Shown one piece after another: positions 45,516-59,000 of a stretch of DNA of 64,000 bases. Positions within the stretch are counted from its first letter, which is position 1. Each line of letters begins with the position of its first letter. The stretch is from Macrostomum hystrix. Taxonomy: Eukaryota > Animalia > Platyhelminthes. Location of the stretch: NCBI GenBank assembly GCA_950097015.1, contig CATNEN010000038.1, positions 9,672,001 to 9,736,000 of the forward strand, read 5' to 3'. The position numbers and the translations under genes were made by a program. The notes under the pieces are model-generated. The model searched no databases, was not told the origin of the DNA, and worked only from the letters and a program-made list of their open reading frames with translations.

Positions 45516-45984
45516 TTACAACCGCCGTCGCCGTGGCTCTAGGCACGGAGTGGTCGATAACTAAGGACACGGCAGCCGTGTCCCTATACACAGAGCTGGG
45601 GACACGGCGGCCGTGCCTAAGTCCACAAAGCTGGAGACACGGCCGCCGTGGCTCTAGGCACGGAGTGGTCGATAACTAGGGACACGGCAGCCGTGTCCCT
45701 AGGCACAGAGTTAGAGACACGGCCGCCGTGTCCCTAGTCACGGCGAAAATAAAAACATTACGCGTTACGCGCCCTTTGGGCTTAGTAATCATGTCGTTTG
45801 AATTGAAAGAAAAGCATAACGATAAAATGACCACAAATCAAAGCCCAGGAAATTGCCACTCTATAGCGAACATAGTTCTGATGCAAATAATCCAATGCAG
45901 GTACGGCTAGCAACAACTGCGTACTAAGCTTCCCTTTAACGATTTTGCACGGTAACACGGCAACACGACATTAGTAAATAGTCA

Positions 45985-46490
45985 TCCCTGCATCTCCTCC
46001 CGAAGTCCCTGCATTTCCCCTTTCAGTCCCTGCATTTCCCATTTCGATCCCTGAATTTCCCCTTTCAGTCCCTGCATTTCCCCTTTCAGTCCCTGCATTT
46101 CCCATTTCGATCCCTGAATTTCCCCTTTCAGTCCCTGCATTTCCCATTTCAATCCCTGCATCTCCCCTTCTCAGTCCCTGCATCTCCCCTTCTCAGTCCC
46201 TGCATCTCCCCTTCTTAGTCCCTGCATCTCCCCTTCTCAGTCCCTGCATCTCCCCTTCTTAGTCCCTGCATCTCCCCTTCTCAGTCCCTGCGTCTCCCCT
46301 TTCAGTCCCTGCATCTCCCCTTCTCAGTCCCTGCATCTCCCCTTCTCAGTCCCTGCATCTTCCCTTCTTAGTCCCTGCATCTGCTTCATCAGTTTCTGCA
46401 TCTCCCCTTATCAGTCCCTGCATCTACTTCATCAGTTTCTGCATCTCCCATCTTATTCCCTGCATCAGCTTCTTCAGTCCCTGCATCGCC
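45985..46490. repeat. 21/22-bp minisatellite (TCAGTCCCTGCATCTCCCCTT[C])
   Basis: Tandem copies directly visible. Confidence 0.9.
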
Positions 46491-47093
46491 TCTGTCAGTT
46501 CGATAAGAATGTATTCGATAAGTTTGAATAAACAAAATAATCAGACAAATTTACTATTTCCAACTATTGCACTAGATTATAGGAGTTAACAGTTTTTATC
46601 AGTTGCAAGTGCATGTACTTCTCATAAGCTGAAGTTCCATTGCATTAGAGTTTTAGAGCTCACATTAAGCAGTCCAGTTATCTAACCTGTCAATTTTTTA
46701 GTTCGTATAATAAATAATGGAATTACTAATTAAAATAATTATATTTACTAGGAAATCTATATAAAGAGCAGAATTAATTAGAATATAACATCGCCCTAGC
46801 AAAAACCTAACAGAAAAATGAAACACGACCGCTAATCTAAAATTTCAAGTGGAATGAAATAAGTATGGGAGACAAAAATAGCTGACAAACTACTGTAAGT
46901 AGGCAAAACGATCATGCAGTCGCTTTTAAAAAATCAGCAAATAAACTTTAGGATGGATATGAAAACTCTAATAGCCAATTCTATTGCATAGCATCAGGCT
47001 GTTAATTGTTTGCAGTTGAAGTTTTGTACGTTTTTTAGTTTTTCCAGCTTAGGCAGCATCATGTTTCCGACTGCAGTTTAGGCCAGCGGTTGC

Positions 47094-50000
47094 TTAGGCT
47101 GGGCTATCCTGGGCCGGCATTATAACGCCACCCAGACGCTCCGGTGACTCAAATGGCACGCCGCGCTTTGGCACGTACTCGCCGACCCGGGGCACCATCG
47201 TTATGCAGTCAATGATTGGGCAAACCGAGGCGCAGAGTGTGCAGCCGGTGCAGTCGTCTGTGACATGCGGCAGGTGAGTCTCTGCGTCGAAATCGATGGC
47301 CTGTGAGTCGATTGTTAATTAAGGAACTGCTCAGCTGATGATCATAATGATTGGTGTAATTCTAAAAGTATTCAGAATGAGTCAAGTGGCTCAAATAGTG
47401 CTCAGAATGAGTCAAGTGGCTTAAAAAGTTCTCAGAATGAGTCAGGTGACTCAAATAGTGCTCAGAATGAGTCAAGTAGCTCAAATAGTGCTCAGAATGA
47501 GTCAAGTAGCTCAAATAGTGCTCAGAATGAGTCAGGTGGCTCAAATAGTGCTCAGAATGAGTCAAGTAGCTCAAATAGTGCTCAGAATGAGTCAGGTGGC
47601 TCAAAAACGTTCTCAAAAAGATTAACATGACATATATAAGTTCTCAGAATGAGTCAGGTGACTCAAATAGTGCTCAGAATGAGTCAGGTTCAGAAAATTC
47701 AGATGGATCAATGTGACTCAAAATAAGCAATCCTAGCCTCACCTGGTAGCCCGAGTCGTTGCAGGTCATATAGCACTTGCCGCAATTGATGCACATGTCA
47801 TCATTGATGAGTGCCACTACCTGCTGCTTGTTGTCTAGGTCGTAGTAATTCCCAACCAAGCTGACGCTGGCTCCAACAATATCGGAGACCCGTGGCACCG
47901 GCTTCACGGTGGCCCGCTGACGTTCGCCAGGCGGCGGGGTTTGATCAGCGAGTAGGTTGCGAGTTCGAAGCATCTCGTTCTCGATTGCTTCGCGTCGCTG
48001 TTTGTAGGGCCCGAATGCGGGCAGAGACTGTCCAGCGGCTAGCAGCGGCTTGCCGCGCTGATGCACTGGGGTCGGTGGCGACTGCCCGATCCAGTCGGCG
48101 AGGCCTGTTAAAATTGCGTTCGTATACTCATAGTAGCGAGAAGCGAAAAAAAGTGAAATTTTCGAAAATAGCGAAAAATTATTGCACAACACATGCAGTA
48201 GGAGCATGGAAGTATGGCTTAATGTTTTTGTGTCTCGTCTAGTAGATTGGGACCATTTTAAAGTTAAAGTATTGGGGAAGTAAGCGTGTTCACGAGGGCA
48301 CAATTCGTTCCGGACTGAGATTCGAACTCAAGACCTACTCGGGTAGCAACAACCAACCGACAAGAAGAAAACTTCTTAGCGGCAAACGGGAGAATCTGTG
48401 CTCAGGACCGCTTTGTGCTCAGATGTCTTGTGTTGTGTGTCTTGTGTAGAGTGAGCCCGCAGCTCACTCTAGGCCCTGTGAATTGACAAAGACATCTGAA
48501 GATCAAGGCCAAACAGGGAAATAAAGCAACAGACAACAGAAGAATTGGAGTGCGTGTTTTTTCCACTAGGCCGGCCGTCTTCCCTTTGTGGCCAGCCGTC
48601 CAACTTGCTCGCCACAAGCCTTGAGGTAAGCAGTGATGCGTACCTTGGAATTCGTTTATTTGCTCAAATTCCTGACAAAAATAGACTGCGGGGAAGGGGG
48701 AAATGTAGTTAGAGTGAAGGCTAACTACTCAAACTACAGTCAGGATTGAGTCAGAATTGAGTCCAAGATTGACTGCATCATTGACACACGTAAAATAGCA
48801 GTTGACTCGCCGAGATTCAGGACTTTCTCAATGAGACTCAGGATTGACTGAATGAGACTCAGGATTGACTGAATGAGACTCAGGACTGACTCAATGAGAC
48901 TCAGGACTGACTCAATGAGACTCAGGAATGACTAAGTATAAGTACGAGTAAGACTCAGGATTGACTCAATGAGACTCAGGACTGACTAAATGAGACTCAG
49001 GATTGACTCAATGAGACTCAGGAATGACTAAATGAGACTCAGGATTGACTCAATGAGACTCAGGACTGACTAAATGAGACTCAGGAATGAATAATTAGGA
49101 CTCAGGAATGACTAAGTAAGACTCAGGACTGACTCAATGAGACCCAGGATTGACTCAATGAGACTCAGGACTGACTCAATGAGACCCAGGATTGACTCAA
49201 TGAGACTCAGGACTGACTCAATGAGACTCAGGATTGACTCAATGAGACTCAGGACTGACTCAATGAGACTCAGGACTGACTAAATGAGATTCAGGATTGA
49301 CTAAATGAGACTCAGGAATGACTAAATGAGACTCGGAATGACTAAATGAGACTCAGGAATGACTAAATGAGACTCAGGAATGACTAAATGAGACTCAGGA
49401 ATGACTAAGTACGAGTAAGACTCAGGATTGACTCAATGAGACTCAGGACTGACTAAATGAGACTCAGGATTGACTCAATGAGACTCAGGAATGACTAAAT
49501 GAGACTCAGGATTGACTCAATGAGACTCAGGACTGACTAAATGAGACTCAGTATTGACTCAATGAGACCCAGGATTGACTCAATGAGACTCAGGACTGAC
49601 TCAATGAGACTCAGGACTGACTCAATGAGACTCAGGACTGACTCAATGAGACTCAGGACTGACTCAATGAGACTCAGGACTGACTAAATGAGATTCAGGA
49701 TTGACTAAATGAGACTCAGGAATGACTAAATGAGACTCGGAATGACTAAATGAGACTCAGGAATGACTAAATGAGACTCAGGAATGACTAAATGAGACTC
49801 AGGAATGACTAAATGAGACTCAGGATTGACTCAATGAGACTCAGGACTGACTAAATGAGACTCAGGATTGACTCAATGAGACTCAGGACTGACTAAATGA
49901 GACTCAGGATTGACTCAATGAGACTCAGGACTGACTCAATGAGACTCAGGACTGACTAAATGAGATTCAGGATTGACTAAATGAGACTCAGGAATGACTA

Positions 50001-53000
50001 AATGAGACTCGGAATGACTAAATGAGACTCAGGAATGACTAAATGAGACTCAGGAATGACTAAGTACGAGTAAGACTCAGGATTGACTCAATGAGACTCA
50101 GGACTGACTAAATGAGACTCAGGATTGACTCAATGAGACTCAGGAATGACTAAATGAGACTCAGGATTGACTCAATGAGACTCAGGACTGACTAAATGAG
50201 ACTCAGGATTGACTCAATGAGACTCAGGACTGACTTAATGAGACTCAGGACTGACTAAATGAGATTCAGGATTGACTAAATGAGACTCAGGAATGACTAA
50301 ATGAGACTCGGAATGACTAAATGAGACTCAGGAATGACTAAATGAGACTCAGGAATGACTAAATGAGACTCAGGAATGACTAAATGAGACTCAGGAATGA
50401 CTAAGTACGAGTAAGACTCAGGATTGACTCAATGAGACTCAGGATTGACTCAATGAGACTCAGGAATGACTAAATGAGACTCAGGATTGACTCAATGAGA
50501 CCCAGGATTGACTCAATGAGACTCAGGACTGACTCAATGAGACTCAGGACTGACTCAATGAGACTCAGGACTGACTCAATGAGACTCAGGACTGACTCAA
50601 TGAGACTCAGGACTGACTAAATGAGATTCAGGATTGACTAAATGAGACTCAGGAATGACTAAATGAGACTCGGAATGACTAAATGAGACTCAGGAATGAC
50701 TAAATGAGACTCAGGAATGACTAAATGAGACTCAGGACTGACTAAGTACGAGTAAGACTCAGGATTGACTCAATGAGACTCAGGACTGACTAAATGAGAC
50801 TCAGGATTGACTCAATGAGACTCAGGAATGACTAAATGAGACTCAGGATTGACTCAATGAGACTCAGGACTGACTAAATGAGACTCAGTATTGACTCAAT
50901 GAGACCCAGGATTGACTCAATGAGACTCAGGACTGACTCAATGAGACTCAGGACTGACTCAATGAGACTCAGGACTGACTCAATGAGACTCAGGACTGAC
51001 TTAATGAGACTCAGGACTGACTAAATGAGATTCAGGATTGACTAAATAAGACTCAGGAATGACTAAATGAGACTCGGAATGACTAAATGAGACTCAGGAA
51101 TGACTAAATGAGACTCAGGAATGACTAAATGAGACTCAGGAATGACTAAGTACGAGTAAGACTCAGGATTGACTCAATGAGACTCAGGACTGACTAAATG
51201 AGACTCAGGATTGACTCAATGAGACTCAGGACTGACTAAATGAGACTCAGGATTGACTCAATGAGACTCAGGACTGACTCAATGAGACTCAGGACTGACT
51301 AAATGAGATTCAGGATTGACTAAATGAGACTCAGGAATGACTAAATGAGACTCGGAATGACTAAATGAGACTCAGGAATGACTAAATGAGACTCAGGAAT
51401 GACTAAGTACGAGTAAGACTCAGGATTGACTCAATGAGACTCAGGACTGACTAAATGAGACTCAGGATTGACTCAATGAGACCCAGGAATGACTAAATGA
51501 GACTCAGGATTGACTCAATGAGACTCAGGACTGACTAAATGAGACTCAGGATTGACTCAATGAGACTCAGGACTGACTCAATGAGACTCAGGACTGACTA
51601 AATGAGATTCAGGATTGACTAAATGAGACTCAGGAATGACTAAATGAGACTCGGAATGACTAAATGAGACTCAGGAATGACTAAATGAGACTCAGGAATG
51701 ACTAAATGAGACTCAGGAATGACTAAGTACGAGTAAGACTCAGGATTGACTCAATGAGACTCAGGACTGACTAAATGAGACTCAGGATTGACTAAATGAG
51801 ACTCAGGAATGACTAAATGAGACTCGGAATGACTAAATGAGACTCAGGACTGACTAAATGAGACTCAGGATTGACTCAATGAGACCCAGGATTGACTCAA
51901 TGAGACTCAGGACTGACTCAATGAGACTCAGGACTGACTCAATGAGACTCAGGACTGACTCAATGAGACTCAGGACTGACTCAATGAGACTCAGGACTGA
52001 CTAAATGAGATTCAGGATTGACTAAATGAGACTCAGGAATGACTAAATGAGACTCGGAATGACTAAATGAGACTCAGGAATGACTAAATGAGACTCAGGA
52101 ATGACTAAGTACGAGTAAGACTCAGGATTGACTCAATGAGACTCAGGACTGACTAAATGAGACTCAGGATTGACTCAATGAGACTCAGGAATGACTAAAT
52201 GAGACTCAGGATTGACTCAATGAGACTCAGGACTGACTAAATGAGACTCAGGATTGACTCAATGAGACTCAGGAATGACTAAATGAGACTCAGGATTGAC
52301 TCAATGAGACTCAGGACTGACTGAATGACACTCAAGCTTAAAGGCGTCAGTCATGAGTCCATTTATCCAGTAGAGACTGAGCTTGTGAAGCACCCTAATT
52401 TAGGCTGTCAGGCACAGTGCTATAGTTTGTAAGAATGAATTAGTCTGACACACACACACTCGCCAGATATTTTCCATCTGAGCAGCCTCTGAAACTGAAA
52501 GGCCTGTCTAAGATAATGTTATTTGATTATATGTCTTTTAATATATGCGCCTATACCCTCTTTCCGCCTATTCATATTTTTAGCGCGTCCGTTTGAGAAA
52601 CGTAAATTTTTGAGAGTCCCTCTGCCTGAGAAAACCTCCGCCTCGTTTCCCACCCCTAATCCCCTAGGAGTGTCTCTCGGCTATGCAGTTCAGGACTGGC
52701 ACTGATTTGGGCAATTTTCACTTGCTGAGAAATCCCCATGGCGCATTCTCCCCAAAAATAGACACTCGGAGGATCCAGAATCGAAAACTCGATCCCATCA
52801 CACCCTTCTCTTCAAGGCTATCGGTTTTCAAGTTGGTCTTGATTTTTAAACTAAATTTAAATTTTCTAAATCTAACTACTTTTTGACCTTACCGTCCAGA
52901 GATTTCAGGTATAGAAGTGTCTTCAGGCCAGTCACATAGTCATCAATCAGAGTGAAGTCCTGGTTTTGCACCGCGCTGCACACCTGAAATTGTGCAGGTT

Positions 53001-56000
53001 AAAATGTGGAGATATCAGCCATTCCATTCATCAGGCGCGACAGAACAGCGAGGAAAGATAAGTAAGAGAGAGCAAAGAAGAGACTGGATATAGTAGAGAA
53101 GAGACGGGATATAGAAGAGAAGAGACAGGAGAGAGCAGAGAAGAGAATAGAGAAGAGACAGGAGAGAGGAGAGAGAAGAGAAGAGAGAAGAGACAGGATA
53201 TAGCAGAGAAGAGACAGGAGAGAGCAGAGAAGAGACAGGAGAGAGCAGAGAAGAGACAGGAGAGAGCAGAGAAGAGACAGGAGAGGGAAGAGAGAAGAGA
53301 AGAGACAGGAGAGAGCCGAGAAGAGACAGGAGAGAGCCGAGAAGAGACAGGAGAGAGCCGAGAAGAGAAGAGAGAAGAGAAGAGAGAAGAGAATAGAGAA
53401 GAGACAGGAGAGAGGAGAGAGAAGAGAAGAGAGAAGAGACAGGAGAGAGCAGAGAAGAGAAGAGAGAAGAGAAGAGAGAAGAGAATAGAGAAGATACAGG
53501 AGAGAGGAGAGAGAAGAGAAGAGAGAAGAGAAGAGAGAAGAGAATAGAGAAGATACAGGAGAGAGGAGAGAGAAGAGAAGAGAGAAGAGAATAGAGAAGA
53601 GACAGGAGAGAGGAGAGAGAAGAGGAGAGAGAAGAGAAGAGAGAAGAGAATAGAGAAGAGACAGGAGAGAGGAGAGAGAAGAGAAGAGAGAAGAGAGAGG
53701 AGAGAGAGGGTTTACAGAGGAGCCGCATAGTTAAAATGCAAGTTAAAGCCACAGAGCAGAAAGTAGTTGGCAAATGTCCAGTCAGTGATTTTAGCTCCAG
53801 TCCAGCCCACTCCTGGAAATCCATGTGAGAATAGTTCTCCGCAAAGCCCTATTCGATATGTTCAGTTTTACACGACTCGGTGTCGTGTCGTCGTCGCCCA
53901 GGCACGGTTTTCGTTGCTGGGCTGAGAACGGGGGACACACACAAGTGCCCCCGGGCTTCCTGCTTGCCGACGCAAATCTACAATTAAATAGACTCGACCA
54001 GCGCGTGAAGACTTTAGGGGAACCAAATAGGATCTTGGGATCTGGGATCTGGGGAGAGGTGGGACGCTTTCAGAGATTCTTTGGGGACTTCTCGCTCTAT
54101 CGCTCTCCCTCTCTCTGCATCACTTCTGTTTCCTTCAAGTAGGAATTCCGGCTGTTGGCAGGAGCTTGAATCGGTTTGGATGATTTCTATTCGGCCCACT
54201 TTTTCGCCGGCATATGGGATTTAATCCTAAGGCTATTGGCTATATAAGGCTGGGAATGTAGGGGATATTTGGAAAATCTGGCGGCCAGACGTCTCTGAAC
54301 TTCAAAAAACTCAAGGGATCGTAAATCCTCACTCCTTTTTCTCATTCTAGGAAACTTTAATGCTGGACTATTTTATTCACACGGATAGCTGAGACTGGAG
54401 GTATCGAGTCAGCCACCTAGTTATGGCAGCATATTTTGGTCACTCGAAGGCTATCAAAAACAGCTTCCACCGGCACAGCATTTGCCGTCATACTCGTACT
54501 GAATAAAGGCTGAGCAGCTGATCAGTAGGTCCGGCGTGTACTTCCCAACGACAGGCCAATAATTCTTGACAGTGAATAAACCACCCTACCGGAGCAGCGG
54601 AACTGACAGAAAGATATTAAAAAAAAGGTTGCGGGGGGAAACAGGTAAGAGAACGGTTGCACTATAATAAGCAGTCGCAACAACAGAAACTCTCTAATGG
54701 CATTAAATCCAACTGCAGCAGCAGCAGCAGCAGCAGCAGCAGAAATCAATGTCATTATCCGTGGCTAAACAAATTTGCCAAGCGTTCCACGGCCGCCGCC
54801 AATGCAGGCTGGAATTTCTCAGAATCAATTATTCATTTAGCAGCATCGACTTGTTTTGCCAGCGAGCTTAGCGAGAAGCCAAGCAAAAATGGCGATTAAC
54901 TTGATTGGGCCAAGCAAATTGCACCGCTTTGCGTATCTGTGGCTGTCGGCGGCCTCGGGTGAACAAAAAAAATTAAAAAAGAAGAGCCACGAAGCTCCAA
55001 GGTCATCGTCGACTCGAGATAAATTAATGAGGAAATCTTCTACTCCTCGTTGCTTCTAGATTTTGGTAATTCTCTGCTTAGATGTTTTCGCTGACAAATT
55101 CTTTTGTTTTAAGAATATTTTAACGAATTCTAAATCAAGGCCGTCAGCTCCAGGGAAATCCCTCGTTTTGAGGCCATTAGTTAAGGAATTTTCTACATCA
55201 AGGCCGTCCGCTTACTGGGAAATACATAGTTTCAAGGCCATTGGCTAAAGAATTTCCTTGCATGAAGGCTGTTAGCTCCTGGGAATTCCTCTTTTCAAGG
55301 TCGTCAGCTTCTGGGAATACTTATTTTTAACGCCATTGGCTGAGGAATTCCCTGCATCAAGACCCTCATCTCCTGGGGAATCCCTCGCTTCAAGGCCGTC
55401 AGCTCTTGGGGAATCCCTCGCTTCAAGGCCGTTAGCTCTTGGGGAATCCCTCGCTTCAATGCCTTCGACGATGCCATCAGCTCCTGAGGAAGCCTGTTTC
55501 AAGGCCATTATCTGCGGAAATTCCCCATTTCAAGGTCTTCATGCTGGGGTGAAATTCCCCGCTTCATAGCAGTTTGCTTTGGGGAATCCCCCGTCAAGGT
55601 CATGAGAAAGGGATTACCAGTCAGCACTGGCGCTATGAGTTTTCAGCATTCATTAGCTCACCTGAAGCACCGAAGCCCCAGCGTACAGGAACTGAATGCC
55701 AGTGTCTGCAGAGTCGATGCCACCGGTGGCCAGTATAGGGAAGCCGGGCATGTCTCGAGCGATGTTGGACACGGCGCGCAGGGCGATGGGCCGGATCGCG
55801 TTGCCGGAGACGCCACCATAGGTGGTCTTCTGCTGTCGGCCGATGCGAGGCCACGGCCTACCGTTGGCGTCCAGCCCCATCAGGCCCGACACGGTGTTAG
55901 TCGCCGTAACACCGTCGGCGCCGCCCTCCTTGGCGGCGCGTGCAATGTCCAGCACGCTGGTGACATTCGGCGTCAGCTTGGCGAACACAGGGATCTTGAC

Positions 56001-59000
56001 GGCGGCCTTCACCCAGCGGCAGATGTTGCGAACCAGCTCCGCAGACTGGCCGCACGCCAGGCCCATGCCCTTCTCGCCCATGCCGTGCGGGCAGGACATG
56101 TTGAGCTCCAGGGCGTCCGCCCCGGCTTTCTCCGACATGCTGGCCAGCTGCGTCCAGTCCTGCTCCGAGTAGCCGCACATGATGGAGGCGATGAGGATCT
56201 TCTCGGGGAAGTCTCGCTTCAGCTCCTCGATGCTGCGGCACCAGTAGGCCGCCCGCTTCTCGCTGATCAGCTCGATGTTCAAGAAGGAGCCCTGGCCCGG
56301 TCCGTAGTTGTGGCCGGACGTGGTGCCCCGAACAATTCTCGGCGACACGTTGGTGATGATGTCCTGGTCCAGCACGAAGGTCTTTGTCAGGGCGAAACCC
56401 CAGCCGGCTTCGAAGGCCTTGCGGATCATTGCGCTGGTTGTGGTCGGCGGCGCGCTCGCCAGGCCGAATGGATTCTCGAAGCGCAGGCCGCACATCTCGA
56501 CGCTGATGTCCACCGCGTCGATCGGAGAGTAGAACTTGGGCAGCTGGGGCTCTACGGGAATCTCACTGGAGCCGCCACTGTGCAGCGCCTGAAGGTAGCG
56601 GTGGATGCTCCACGCCGCGATCTTGCCATCGTTCACCGATTCTACAGTCGTCTGGGCGACTCCTGCGATGTCGCCGCCAGCGAAGACCCAGGACTCGCTG
56701 GTTGCCATGGTGACGGGATCCACCGTGGGCAGGCTCCAGCGGTTGAGCTTCACAGGCGCGATGGCCTCGATCAGGTCCGGGTCTTGGAGGCCGGAGCCGA
56801 AGGCGGAGATCAGGTAGCTGGCCTTCAGGAGCACGACCTGCTCCTCGTCCTCGTGCCAGTCGCCGTTGTCGTCCTGCTCGGTGCGGCAGAACTCAACCCC
56901 GGTGATGCGGCCGTCCTCCCTAGTCAGTACGCGACGCGGCGAAAGGAACGGAAGGAATTCACAGTTCTCCTCGCGGGCCAGGTCCATCTCCTCAGGCACG
57001 GGGCTGATGGTGGTGAAGCCCTTGCGGAACACCACGAAGACCCGCCGGGCGCCGCAGCGCAGCGCCGAGGTGGCGCAGTCAAATGCGGTGTCGCCGGCGC
57101 CCAGCACGATGACGGAGCCGCTGAGCTGCGGCAGCGAGCGGCCGCCGCCACCGCAGCCACACATTCCCGGCTTGGAGGCAGCAGCCACCAACGGCAGGAA
57201 CTCCTTGGAGGTGTAGAAACCCTGCTCTACGGTGAGGCCATTGAAGGCCGGGATCAACTTCGGATTCGGCAGGCCGAAGCCCAAGAAGGCGCAGGCGTAG
57301 CCCTCCGCCTTCAAGGACGCCAGGGTCCGGCCGACCTTGACTGAGAGAGGCGACTGCAGGCGGATGTTGACGCCGAGATCCTTCACCAGCTGCACCTCGT
57401 AGTCGACAACGTTGAATGGCAGCCGGAACTGCGGGATCTCGCTGCTGCTGAGGCCGCCGACTGTGGAGGTGCGCTCGAAGATGTCCAGACGGCTGTAACC
57501 GAGGCGGGCTAGGAAGGTGGCGCAGCTCAAGCTGGCCGGGCCGCAGCCAATCAGCGCAACCGGCTGCTGATAGGCCGGCAGGTCGCGGTTGCCGGCCAGC
57601 TCCGGTGGCACAACCTGGGGCAGGCGCATCTGCATGAAGTTCTCCGTGGCGAAGTGCTGGAGGCCGCCGATGTTGATGGGGCCCTCCTCGCTGGCGTACA
57701 GGTTGCAGCCGCCGACGCACAGGTCGCTAGTCGGGCACACCATGCCGCAGGTGAGGCCCAGCGGGTTGTCTGAGAAGATGCTCCTGGCTGCTCCGTAATA
57801 GTTTTTGTTGGCGATGGACGTTATGAAGGCCTTGACGTCGATCTGGGTCGGGCAGCCCTTCTGGCAGGGTGCGTCGGCGCACTTCAAGCAGCGAGCCGCC
57901 TCGCGCAGGGCACCACGCTCCGACAGGGTGGTGTGCTTGATGTCGCGGAAGTCCCGCTCGAGTGGATGACAGGTGCTACAGTTCTTGTCCTTGTTCCGCT
58001 TCCAGTGAGCCTTGCCCTACAGTGGATGGCGAGCGTTGACAAGATTTTAGTCTTTCCCTGGCTTGCTCTCTGTCTCCTGTCTTTATCCATTTGTCTCCTG
58101 TCTTTATCCATTTGTCTCCTGTCTTTATCCATTTGTCTCCTGTCTTTATCCATGTGTCTCCTGTCTTTACCCATTTGTCTCCAATCTTTTATCCACATGT
58201 CTCCTGTCTTTATCCATTTGTCTCCTATCGTTATCCATTTGTCTCCTGTCTTTATCTATGCGTCGATTGTCTTTATTAATGTCTCTCATGACTTTGACTT
58301 GGCATCTCCTGACTTTATTTATCAGCCTCCTATCGTCCTAACTGAGGTCTGAAAGTAGTGCATATTATATTTAAGTACATCCAAAGCAACCAACAAATAT
58401 TAAACGCAATTTTGCTTCAAAGCTAAGCAATTTGGAAACGTATAAGCGACAGCTGGGCAAGACAGGAGATCAAAAACTTGAGCACCGACTTAAGGGCTGA
58501 CAGCAAGAATTACAGCCACTATTAAACTCTGTGACAGTGTGAGTAACAATGAACTGCCAGAGCGAATACAGATCTAAAGTAGTAGAGGAACAACGCGTGA
58601 GGCTATGGCGGCATATCCAGGTGGGCTCAACCAGCTGATAAGAGCTTATCTATGCGAGTTGTCTCTTTTTGGCTTGTCACTGCCTGAGAAGACTCTAGTT
58701 TTTTACGTGATCTTGGGTTTAGCAAGTACTGTGGAATTAATCCACATGTAGTAAGAGCATTAATGGACTCTTAACAGTGCCCTCACACTCCACTCAACAA
58801 CTCTGGGATATTCTACCCCTCGACACCATTCTACCCCTCGACACCATTCTACCCCTCGACACCATTCTACCCCTCGACACCATTCTACCCCTCGACACCA
58901 TTCTACCCCTCGACACCATTCTACCCCTCGACACCATTCTACCCCTCGACACCATTCTACCCCTCGACACCATTCTACCCCTCGAAACCATTCTACCCCT

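Larger units (their letters stand above)
44760..45745. mobile_element. Foldback (Mutator-like) non-autonomous element with >100-bp palindrome-rich TIRs and 9-bp TSD AAAATAAAA
   Basis: Left CGCCGTGACTAGGGACACGGCGGCCGTG.. is the reverse complement of right ..CACGGCCGCCGTGTCCCTAGTCACGGCG. AAAATAAAA lies at 44751-44759 and 45746-45754. Confidence 0.85.

Noticed and set aside
47045-47096. Stop-codon readthrough extension of DPYD
   Set aside because: The stop is TAA without a leaky context, and the protein is already full length.
48345-48616. LTR-like fragment with hairpin, AATAAA and terminal CA
   Set aside because: No TG start, TSD or PBS identifiable; it cannot be supported without a repeat library.
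53824-54381. Possible solo LTR (TGTGA...TCACA with a TATA-like motif)
   Set aside because: No target-site duplication (ATCCA vs CGGAT) and no second copy or internal domain in the window.
55602-57344. 580-aa plus-strand ORF
   Set aside because: Antisense shadow of the GC3-rich DPYD exon 2, with no recognisable motifs.
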